Source: a virus
Virus record (IMG/VR): IMGVR_UViG_3300045988_042083
Coordinates: 1 to 40,199 of that record
Strand: one strand, 5' to 3'
Length of the DNA: 40,199 nt
The notes beneath the pieces were generated by a model, which worked only from the letters and a program-made list of their open reading frames with translations, made no database searches and was not told the DNA's origin. Below, in pieces: positions 8,969-16,209 of this stretch; within the stretch, counting starts at the first letter, position 1, and each line of letters begins with the position of its first letter. A program made the position numbers and the translations under genes.

Positions 8969-9020
8969 TCATTTGTATTGTATTGCACCCCTAAAGGGGT
9001 GTGCAATACAATACAAATGA
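8969..9020. repeat. Palindrome A: 23-bp arms, 4-nt loop, 2-nt bulge.
   Basis: tcatttgtattgtattgcacccc-taaa-ggggtgTGcaatacaatacaaatga. Sister element at 15160-15213. Confidence 0.9.
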
Positions 9021-9082
9021 CAAACTAACAGCCGCGAAATTGACATTTGTAGTCGATTTGTATTGCTACAAATAAGCGTTAA

Positions 9083-9116
9083 GGTCAACTCCGAAGCGAC
9101 TTTTCGGTGGTTGACC
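9083..9116 (-). terminator. Candidate intrinsic terminator of the terS-to-gp10 transcription unit.
   Basis: Compound hairpin GGTCAAC-CCGAA...TTCGG-GTTGACC, followed on the minus strand by TTAACGCTTATTTG. Lies 55 nt after the gp10 stop. Confidence 0.4.
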
Positions 9117-9171
9117 CTTTGACAATTGCAACTGTTTGTATTGTCAGCCGTCCGGCTGTTCATTTGACAGG

Positions 9172-9498
9172 TTATTCGCCGCCTTGCAATTCGCTTTTCA
9201 GTATGCTTCGGTACTTTTCCATGTGGTCTTCGGCTGCAGGTTTCAGATACGGCTGCGCGGGTGTGTTGACCGTCCCCATTTCAACGTACACGGCATAGTC
9301 CACATTCGTGCCGATGTAAGCAGCCTCGTCATCAGTGGTGTGGGTAATGCTGTTGCGCAACCTACCCGTGTCCACAGGGCATAACCGCTTTGCATATCCC
9401 TCGGCGGCTAAGCCTATCTTTTCTAATGCCCTCGCTTTAGCCTGTGAAATCCCGTCAAGTACTTCATCGGTGTGGTCTTCAATGTCGAAGTCAGCCAT
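9172..9498 (-). CDS. HK97 gp10-family head-tail protein (108 aa from Met37 of the track ORF).
   Basis: CPVDTGRLRNSITH...GTNVDYAVYVEMGT...AQPYLKPA motif set. RBS GAGGTG before ATG 9498. Confidence 0.7.
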   Translation of the reverse strand: MADFDIEDHTDEVLDGISQAKARALEKIGLAAEGYAKRLCPVDTGRLRNSITHTTDDEAAYIGTNVDYAVYVEMGTVNTPAQPYLKPAAEDHMEKYRSILKSELQGGE

Positions 9499-9603
9499 CA
9501 ATGTCACCTCTAATTCGGGAATGCGTTCTTTGGCGTTTCCGTGGCTTTTCCTTGCACGTGAACGGGTGTACACGTCCTTGTACACCCCTGCGATGCAATA
9601 TGC

Positions 9604-9635
9604 CAACGGAACGCAAGAGAAGCGCCTCTTCTGCG
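9604..9635 (+). repeat. Dispersed motif copy (type II, with an AGAAG/CTTCT mini-hairpin).
   Basis: CAACGGAACGCAAGAGAAGCGCCTCTTCTGCG on the plus strand, abutting the micro-ORF stop. Confidence 0.7.
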
Positions 9636-9636
9636 A

Positions 9637-9795
9637 TTAGTATATTCTACCCTCTTCGGGTTCTATCTCTTTACCGGATTTCAACGCTTTTTCAACTTCA
9701 TGAACAAGCACCTCGTCTGAAACACCCATGGTTAAGAAGTACGGGAATCCACCGAATTTCTCGGTGTACGCTTCAATTGCTTCTTCTCGTGTCAT
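9637..9795 (-). CDS. 52-aa hypothetical protein, translationally coupled to the MuF gene.
   Basis: Its ATG overlaps the MuF stop (ATGA). AAAGGAGGTGGGCAG lies upstream. MTREEAIEAYTEKFGGFPYFLTMGVSDEVLVHEVEKALKSGKEIEPEEGRIY. Below the ORF-track size cutoff. Confidence 0.5.
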   Translation of the reverse strand: MTREEAIEAYTEKFGGFPYFLTMGVSDEVLVHEVEKALKSGKEIEPEEGRIY

Positions 9796-11684
9796 CTGCC
9801 CACCTCCTTTGCGACAATCTCTTCAACCACGCCAACCGCGTTGGGAAATACACGCCGCATTTGCGCAAGCGAATTCGGGTTCGCGACCTTGCTGTCGAGG
9901 GTTTCTGCGAAAAACTCCTTAGCGCCCGAACCTTTATTTGTACCCCAGTATTTAGCGCCGTGTCCAATACCGAGAGGATAACCCTTTCGTGTACAGAATT
10001 CGATAGTGTCAGAAATATTGCCACATTCAGACAGTTTCATGCCCTCACTTTTGAGCATGGAGATAACAGTTTCATCGGGGCTACGACCATATACTGTCAC
10101 ATGATTAAGGACATCACGTGCAACCTTAGAATCGCTTAATATTTCTTGTGCGGTTATGTCACCTCTCCGTAATTTCGAAGCTAACTCGATGTACTTTCCA
10201 GCATCTTTCCCTTTGAGAAACCTATCGGTAAATTCAAGCGTCCTGCAGAAATCATCTGTCTGCTCCGCAGGCGTGTTGCCACGCATAAAACTATACGGGT
10301 GATTTTTAAACATGTCCAGCTTGAATTGCGCCCAATCAGATTTAATGGTCTTACCAAGCTTACCATTCTCATAATCAACAGAGATGTAAGTACCACCAGC
10401 ATCGTGACCAGCAAGCCAGTCAATATTGTGTCCAAACTCGTGAAAAGCTGTTTGGTATGGTGTTTCATAACTATTGCCGTTGGCGACTGCTTCGGCATTC
10501 ATATGCACTTTCTCATCTGCGGGGAGGAAGTATGCACCCTTAGACCCCTTTTCGTCCACAACATCAAGTCTATCGCCATACTTGTGGTACAGGTCTTGTA
10601 CGTCCGGCTCTTCAGTAAAGTTGAGCAGGGTTTCCATGGCGTTGGCGTAGTCATCGCCAAGAGTTCTGCGGATACCTTGCATGTACACAGGAGCGGGCGC
10701 AGGAGGTGTGGGCGCAATGGTCTGTGGCGGTGTAACCTTGTGTCCGGCTTTCCACTCTTCATAGCTCATACCGCCAAGCTTCGAATTTCGCGGAGCGTCC
10801 GACTGGTCTATGCCCTTTACCGCTGCCACCAATGTACACCGACAGTTGTAGATTTCAGATGCCGGGGCTTGCGGGTCACCCGGATACCGACAGCCATTGG
10901 AGAATTTTGCGGGATGCCATTTATCTTTAGCCACAGGAATTCTTTCACCGTCCATCTTCCTGTGTGAGTGGCGTGTACGGCTATCAAGAGTAGCCAGCCA
11001 CTCCTGTTCCATTTCAATACCCATATCTTGAGCATGTTTGTAGCTTTCCACTCGCCCAGCGTTCTGCGCTGCCGTCATTGATGTTCGGGCATTCCGCACG
11101 GCTGCTGTGTGGTTCATGTCCGTTACTCTCTGCAAGCTTTGAGCGATTTTCGGAATGCTGTCGCCTTGCAGTACCGCCTGTGTTATGACAGAGTTTATCT
11201 TCTGCCTGTTCCACCTTTGGTCTTTCGGAATGTCCACGGACGGCAGAGGCAACATATCTGGGTTATTCTTGACAAGATTTACAAGTGTATTTTCGTCATA
11301 TAGAGTAAAGCTTAAGTCAAGCATTGTGTCATGTTCAAGCTGGTATGCGGCGTAATTGTGGTTGGTTGCAAAAGTACCCGCCATGTCTTTACGCACCATA
11401 CCCATGGCGATTTGATTGGCGTTTGAATAATCTTCAGCCAGCGCGTCAACTTTGTCGCGCCACTGTTTACCGACTGCAATCTGACCGATACGCCACTGTG
11501 TATACTCTGCCTGTGTAATTTTACCTTGCTGCACCTGCTCCCGTTTGATTGCATCTTTAGTTGCAAACCCCCGCAGGTAGTCCTCCATCTTGGCTTGCGT
11601 GTCCATCTGCGCTTGCAAATACACCGCACGAAGCTTTTTTTCAAGCTTCTCCACTTCCTTGTCGTTTTGCGCGTTGATGTCCAT
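9792..11684 (-). CDS. Head morphogenesis protein (MuF / SPP1 gp7 family) fused, through a Pro-rich linker, to a ~300-aa C-terminal HEXXH zincin-like domain.
   Basis: MuF motifs ...AAVRNARTSMTAAQN..., SRTRHSHRKMDG, YNCRCTL. Linker PPQTIAPTPPAPAP. AFHEFGHNIDW encoded at 10428-10442. Confidence 0.8.
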   Translation of the reverse strand: MDINAQNDKEVEKLEKKLRAVYLQAQMDTQAKMEDYLRGFATKDAIKREQVQQGKITQAEYTQWRIGQIAVGKQWRDKVDALAEDYSNANQIAMGMVRKDMAGTFATNHNYAAYQLEHDTMLDLSFTLYDENTLVNLVKNNPDMLPLPSVDIPKDQRWNRQKINSVITQAVLQGDSIPKIAQSLQRVTDMNHTAAVRNARTSMTAAQNAGRVESYKHAQDMGIEMEQEWLATLDSRTRHSHRKMDGERIPVAKDKWHPAKFSNGCRYPGDPQAPASEIYNCRCTLVAAVKGIDQSDAPRNSKLGGMSYEEWKAGHKVTPPQTIAPTPPAPAPVYMQGIRRTLGDDYANAMETLLNFTEEPDVQDLYHKYGDRLDVVDEKGSKGAYFLPADEKVHMNAEAVANGNSYETPYQTAFHEFGHNIDWLAGHDAGGTYISVDYENGKLGKTIKSDWAQFKLDMFKNHPYSFMRGNTPAEQTDDFCRTLEFTDRFLKGKDAGKYIELASKLRRGDITAQEILSDSKVARDVLNHVTVYGRSPDETVISMLKSEGMKLSECGNISDTIEFCTRKGYPLGIGHGAKYWGTNKGSGAKEFFAETLDSKVANPNSLAQMRRVFPNAVGVVEEIVAKEVGR

Positions 11685-11703
11685 TCGTTCTCACCCCCAG
11701 AAA

Positions 11704-11726
11704 GGCGTTTCTCTTGCTTTCCGTTA
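11704..11726 (-). repeat. Dispersed motif copy (type I) in the portal-MuF spacer, overlapping the portal stop.
   Basis: Minus strand reads TAACGGAAAGCAAGAGAAACGCC. Confidence 0.75.
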
Positions 11727-13124
11727 CACTTCTTCGCCCTCCACGCCCTCTTGTGCGGGTATCTGCTCCTGTGGCTCTTCGGGGCTTTCCGTGGGTTCTC
11801 CGCGTGTCATACGGTCAACGTCTTCTGCGTCCTTTTTGCGGAGGATAGCCTTGATTTCATCGGGCGTGATAAACGGCAACTTACTGATGACGGTTTCCTC
11901 GTCAAGGTACTGCGCCGCCTGCAGTACCATTTCGGTCTGCTCTTTCTGATTTGAGATGCGGTTGCGCTTGAAAATCGGCATCGCGTCAACGCCCATCAGA
12001 GCTAATACTTGCCGTATAAATTCGATGACGTTATACTCAAAGTCATCGGCGTTTTCGTCAAGCGGCTGGTATGCTGCATCAATGTGGTCATTTGTCGCAC
12101 CTGCGGCTATAGTGTGCACGTCAAGTCCGCCGAAGTCTTCATATATACCCGCCCGAATGTCATCGAGGTACTGTTTTCTAGCCGCATAGGGTATTTCCTG
12201 TGTGTAAGGGTTTACCTCACCCTCGTCAGCACTAGCAACATGGTTTATCTTCAGACGGTCACGAAATCTCGCAAGGTCAGCGTCCTCCATAGCGCCACAA
12301 TTCGACACAATCCAGTATATCTGGCTGCAGTCAGTGAGGTCATTTGCGAAGCCGCTGCGGATAAGGTCATAGCTGTCGATTGCCTCACGCATGCCTATAA
12401 GGGTTGACTGGTGCAGTTTACTACCCCACAAAGGAATTATCGGGAGCGAAGAATAATTCTCCACGCCTACTACTTCAGACCCGCCAGCTTCGGTATATGC
12501 AATCTTGGTTTTATAGGGTTTCTGCTCCTGCTCCACCTTGAATGCCAGACTTTCATCGCTGATTGATTTATATCTTGTGTAACCATCAATCTCGTAAAGA
12601 ATGGCAGTCGTGGGTTTATCCGGTGCAAGCCTCCAGTATCGAATACCCGCCTTGAGCGTCCCGTCATATTCGTCCCAGAGAGGCACAAACTCCGTCAGCG
12701 GGAACACATACAGTTTATCGACATTCCAAAAGCCAAAGGACACGCCGTGAATGAGCGCTTTATACCCCAAGTCCCAAAGCTTGGTATCGAAATCCGTGCC
12801 GAGTTTTTCTTTCACGCTTTCATTCTGGAAAGACACGCCGTTACCCAGAGAGTACGTGCACCTCTGTGTGTTCAGTCTGTGGAAGAAGTTGCTAGCGATT
12901 TTATTATTTGAAGCGGTAAAGTCCTCAATAGGCTCACCCGCTATGGTGAAGATTTTCTGCACATACTCGTTGATAGTCACGTTTCGCTGGTGGTCATAAG
13001 CATCGGCTGTTATTGCGTCCGCAAACATGGGGCTTGCACGATGCTCCTGTATAGCTACGCGAATAAACCCGGTCACATCGCCGCGCTTCTTGTATTCTTC
13101 GAAGTCTTGAAATGTTAAAAGCAT
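11724..13124 (-). CDS. Portal protein (SPP1 gp6-like, 466 aa).
   Basis: Lies between terL and MuF. Size and acidic C-terminal tail are typical. RBS AAAGGAG. Confidence 0.85.
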   Translation of the reverse strand: MLLTFQDFEEYKKRGDVTGFIRVAIQEHRASPMFADAITADAYDHQRNVTINEYVQKIFTIAGEPIEDFTASNNKIASNFFHRLNTQRCTYSLGNGVSFQNESVKEKLGTDFDTKLWDLGYKALIHGVSFGFWNVDKLYVFPLTEFVPLWDEYDGTLKAGIRYWRLAPDKPTTAILYEIDGYTRYKSISDESLAFKVEQEQKPYKTKIAYTEAGGSEVVGVENYSSLPIIPLWGSKLHQSTLIGMREAIDSYDLIRSGFANDLTDCSQIYWIVSNCGAMEDADLARFRDRLKINHVASADEGEVNPYTQEIPYAARKQYLDDIRAGIYEDFGGLDVHTIAAGATNDHIDAAYQPLDENADDFEYNVIEFIRQVLALMGVDAMPIFKRNRISNQKEQTEMVLQAAQYLDEETVISKLPFITPDEIKAILRKKDAEDVDRMTRGEPTESPEEPQEQIPAQEGVEGEEV

Positions 13125-13134
13125 AATACTCCTT

Positions 13135-14376
13135 TCAGCCGCCGAAAGGCGACTTATAACTGCCGCCGTCTTTCTTCGCCAACCGCATGGTTCGTACGAA
13201 ATACCGCATCGAATCCATTAAATGGTCGTTCACCTTTATAGGGCGGTCTTCTTCGTCTTCGTCACTGTCCCAGATATAACCCTCAACTTCCTTGCGCCAG
13301 TTCGTTAGCGTGGGGGATACTTTAATCTTGCCTTTTTTCATGCATACCGCAGTATCCCGAATACCGTCCATTACGTTGTTATCCGCTTGACGAACGCTGA
13401 ATTTACCACTTCTACGAAGAGCGGCTATAAATGACGCTGCAGATGGGTCTACAATCGTCAATATGGGTGTGTGAGATGTAGATTCGACAAATGCTTCCAT
13501 GTCCTGCAAATAGTCTTCATCGGTTTTCATGCGCCCCTCGTCCCTGCCGGAGTAGTAATATTCCTTGACGGCGTACCACGTCATGCCTCTCTTAGCCCAG
13601 AGAAGAGCCGCGAAAGCATTCTGTGTGCCATAGTCGATGGAAAGGACGTATCGTTCGGCAGGTACTTCTCCGAAGTCAAGAGAAGCCTCTCCGAGGGCTT
13701 CAAGGAACATGGGGTAAACAAGCCCCTCTGCCTGCGTCCATTTGCCGAGAACATATCTATCGAAAAACACCGTACCCGCGTATTCAGCTTCTAGTGCGTG
13801 GACATAGCTGGGGTCAAGAAATGGGTTATCATAGAGCGTCCACTGCTGACAATAAATGTCAACACCCTTATCCTTGCTGTCAATAAATTTCTTGATAAAA
13901 TGCGTGGGGTAAGATGGGTTTCCGGACGCGTCACACACCGAATAAGGCAGCGATAGACGTGATTTCAGAAGCTGAAATACGTCTTTGTTCATGTCAACAA
14001 TCTCGTCAACATAGACATATTTGAATTTTGCACCACGGATTTTAGACACCTGCGTGACCTTTTCCGCACCAAGGCAATACACCTTTTCACCCATAATAGT
14101 CGCGAAATTTCGGGAGTTGATGGGCGAAATCAATTTCTCGCCCCAGATATCCCGCATAGGTTCAAGCACATTTCGCTCGATAGTTTCTTTAGACACGCCG
14201 AGTATAACGTTCAGACCCTTTTTGCCCACTCTTTCTATAATCCTGTGCGGAATCACGTACTGGACATCGATAAAGGTTTTGCCACACTGCGTAGCCCCAA
14301 TCTTGATATTCCAGCGGCTATTTGCATTTTTGATGTATTCAGCCTGCTTGGGGCTGATTTGTATTGAAGTGTCCAT
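13135..14376 (-). CDS. terL: Terminase large subunit (413 aa).
   Basis: Walker A GATQCGKT, Walker B VYVDEIV, C-terminal nuclease region ...DHLMDSMRY.... RBS GGAGGAGG. Confidence 0.9.
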   Translation of the reverse strand: MDTSIQISPKQAEYIKNANSRWNIKIGATQCGKTFIDVQYVIPHRIIERVGKKGLNVILGVSKETIERNVLEPMRDIWGEKLISPINSRNFATIMGEKVYCLGAEKVTQVSKIRGAKFKYVYVDEIVDMNKDVFQLLKSRLSLPYSVCDASGNPSYPTHFIKKFIDSKDKGVDIYCQQWTLYDNPFLDPSYVHALEAEYAGTVFFDRYVLGKWTQAEGLVYPMFLEALGEASLDFGEVPAERYVLSIDYGTQNAFAALLWAKRGMTWYAVKEYYYSGRDEGRMKTDEDYLQDMEAFVESTSHTPILTIVDPSAASFIAALRRSGKFSVRQADNNVMDGIRDTAVCMKKGKIKVSPTLTNWRKEVEGYIWDSDEDEEDRPIKVNDHLMDSMRYFVRTMRLAKKDGGSYKSPFGG

Positions 14377-14392
14377 TGTGTCGCCTCCTCCG

Positions 14393-14408
14393 CTTTAGTA
14401 TACTAAAG
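14393..14408. repeat. Perfect 16-bp palindrome in the terS-terL spacer.
   Basis: CTTTAGTATACTAAAG. An adjacent 7-bp hairpin is ACTTTAC-ctaa-GTAAAGT (14413-14430). Confidence 0.9.
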
Positions 14409-14449
14409 TAACACTTTACCTAAGTAAAGTTCCGTACGGTGTTCTCCGT

Positions 14450-14472
14450 GGCGTTTCTCTTGCGCTTCGTTG
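14450..14472 (-). repeat. Dispersed motif copy (type I) immediately 3' of the terS stop.
   Basis: Minus strand reads CAACGAAGCGCAAGAGAAACGCC. Confidence 0.8.
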
Positions 14473-14476
14473 GGTA

Positions 14477-15040
14477 TTAATCGTCACCCGTATTCTTGTG
14501 GGGATCAGTGCTCTCCTGTGCAACGGAAGCCACAGGAGGGGCTTCTTCTGCGGCATTCTTAATCGTCACCATCATGCGCTTAGCCATGCTGATAGCTTCT
14601 GCATCGGTATCGATGGGGTCTTGAATAGCTCTCCACCTATCGGGTCTACGGGAGAATAGCCAGCTAAGACAGGCTTTGACATCGGGTGAAACGTGCTTTC
14701 TTATAACCTTGGTAGTCCGCATTTCACCCTCGACCAGCTCTTTGGTTACCTCGTCATATTCATAGCCTAAAGCCCTTTTCAGTAAAGCCTGCTCCACCTT
14801 GCCGTTGGTTACGTCTTTTGATATTTGCAACGCAGTTGCAAGTTCATCGCTTTCCTTAGTCCACCGCCACAAAGTCTTTGAAGTAACGCCGACATACTTT
14901 GCGGCAACCTCTTCAAAGGGTATACCCTCCCTGCGCCATTGGCTAATTAGGGTGATGCCGTCTGGAGATAGCCAGAAAGCTTTGCGGTCTTCCTTGCCTT
15001 TCTGACCGCTGGGGAAATCTATGTACGCCAATATAGTCAC
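14477..15040 (-). CDS. terS: Terminase small subunit (HTH type, ~185 aa).
   Basis: ...ISQWRREGIPFEEVAAKYVGVTSKTLWRWTKE... HTH. First gene after the late promoter and upstream of terL. Start is GTG 15040 or, with better RBS spacing, TTG 15031. Confidence 0.75.
   Translation of the reverse strand: MTILAYIDFPSGQKGKEDRKAFWLSPDGITLISQWRREGIPFEEVAAKYVGVTSKTLWRWTKESDELATALQISKDVTNGKVEQALLKRALGYEYDEVTKELVEGEMRTTKVIRKHVSPDVKACLSWLFSRRPDRWRAIQDPIDTDAEAISMAKRMMVTIKNAAEEAPPVASVAQESTDPHKNTGDD
14521..14553 (+). repeat. Degenerate dispersed motif copy (type II) inside the terS 3' coding region. Forms an inverted pair with 14450-14472.
   Basis: CAACGGAAGCCACAGGAGGGGCTTCTTCTGCGG; compare 9604-9635. Confidence 0.5.
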
Positions 15041-15083
15041 CTCTTATCATTCGCATGGGTACAGTTACTTCTTCTCTACGAGT

Positions 15084-15113
15084 ATTATACCATACGGCGT
15101 GTGTATTTGTCAA
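15084..15113 (-). promoter_or_regulatory. Late promoter P_terS: TTGACA-N18-TGgTATAAT.
   Basis: Minus strand reads CTTGACAaatacacacgccgtaTGGTATAATactcgta. Near-identical to P_scaf. Confidence 0.75.
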
Positions 15114-15159
15114 GTAGTCTATTTGCCTGCACATTTGTATTGTTGCACTGCAGGCGTTG

Positions 15160-15213
15160 CATTTGTATTGTATTGTATCCTCCTTTTAGGAGGAATACAA
15201 TACAATACAAATG
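15160..15213. repeat. Palindrome B: 24-bp arms, 4-nt loop, 1-nt bulge.
   Basis: catttgtattgtattgtatcctcc-tttt-aggaggAatacaatacaatacaaatg. Confidence 0.9.
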
Positions 15214-15406
15214 ACAGCAAAACGCAGAATACAAACGACTACAATTGACAAGTGTAGTCCACAATTCTTTTAGAAAAAAGAAGCGGGCAATCGGTGTCAT
15301 TTGACAGTTGCATTGATTTGTATTCTGATTTGTATTGACGCAATTGCACCACAGCATTGCTGGCATGAAACTAATGTCACGGACTGTAACAGTGTTTTCA
15401 CAAGCA

Positions 15407-15526
15407 TTGTACAATCTGCATAACACGTATACCCTCTACGGGTTGTCTGATTGTGTAATCTGCTAATGCATTGTGCAATGTGCACAAAAACGGCATTCGA
15501 TAAGGTTTAAACTTTGTGCAACTTGC
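15407..15526 (+). promoter_or_regulatory. Array of four 13-nt direct repeats, TTGTRYAAYNTGC, ending 3 nt before the -35 of P1 (candidate operators).
   Basis: Copies at 15407 ttgtacaatctgc, 15451 ttgtgtaatctgc, 15471 ttgtgcaatgtgc and 15514 ttgtgcaacttgc. Spacings are 44, 20 and 43 nt. Confidence 0.6.
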
Positions 15527-15529
15527 TAA

Positions 15530-15559
15530 TTGACAAAAGGGTACTTGCTGTGGTATAAT
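15530..15559 (+). promoter_or_regulatory. Early promoter P1: TTGACA-N18-TGgTATAAT.
   Basis: TTGACAaaagggtacttgctgTGGTATAAT. Confidence 0.8.
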
Positions 15560-15611
15560 TTTTATAGGGGGTTGAATGACCCAGAACGACATATTAACGG
15601 AGGAAATAACA

Positions 15612-16181
15612 ATGACAACTTTAATCGAATTCGAACTCAACGGCATCAAGTACAACGAGAGCAACGGCAGATATTACAAGACCGAGAACGGCAAGAAGAC
15701 CCGCATTGGCAAGGCGGCATACGAAGAGGCAGCGGCTGAATTCACAGAGATGGTCACGGCAGCGAAGAGGCAGGACATGGAACAGGACGAAATCGATATC
15801 ATCACAGCCGAGATGACCGACAAGCCTGTTGAACCCACCAAGGTGAAGAAACCGAGCAAGCCGCGCAAATCCAAGGACATCGCACACGAGAGCAAATATG
15901 GCGTGACACTCACGGCGAAGCAGGTGGATTTCCTTTGGCATCTCCCGGACAGCAACTTCTGGACAGACGGAAAGGACAGCGAAATCTGGGTTGACTGCCT
16001 TTGCGATGAAATCGGCGGGCAGTTCTTCAACAAGCCGATGACGGTTGGCGCGATGATTTCGACCCTCTGCGAAAAGAAGTTGGGCGTTAGATGCCGCCAG
16101 AAAGTGAACGGCAGGACGGCAACAAGCTTCAAGCTGACAGACCTCGGCAAGATGGTTATATCGGAACTGGGCATCTATTGA
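15612..16181 (+). CDS. Early hypothetical protein (189 aa) with a C-terminal winged-helix-like domain, paralogous to that of 18103-18924.
   Basis: ATG 15612 follows ACGGAGGAAATAACA. C-terminal ...TVGAMISTLCEKKLGVRCRQK...FKLTDLGKMV. Confidence 0.65.
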   Translation: MTTLIEFELNGIKYNESNGRYYKTENGKKTRIGKAAYEEAAAEFTEMVTAAKRQDMEQDEIDIITAEMTDKPVEPTKVKKPSKPRKSKDIAHESKYGVTLTAKQVDFLWHLPDSNFWTDGKDSEIWVDCLCDEIGGQFFNKPMTVGAMISTLCEKKLGVRCRQKVNGRTATSFKLTDLGKMVISELGIY

Positions 16182-16209
16182 TGCCCTTTCCGGGAAAGGT
16201 GGAAAGACA

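Noticed and set aside
8969-9143. Possible CRISPR array or spacer-repeat structure from the recurring TTTGTATTG elements.
   Set aside because: The repeats are only 9 nt, irregularly spaced and on both strands. There are no cas genes. This is not a CRISPR architecture.
15085-15426. ORFs of 113, 62 and 88 aa on the minus strand in the divergent control region, and the 64-aa ORF at 8969-9163.
   Set aside because: They are built from the palindrome and TTTGTATTG repeat sequences and run through promoters. They have no RBS and low-complexity translations. These regions are better explained as regulatory DNA.
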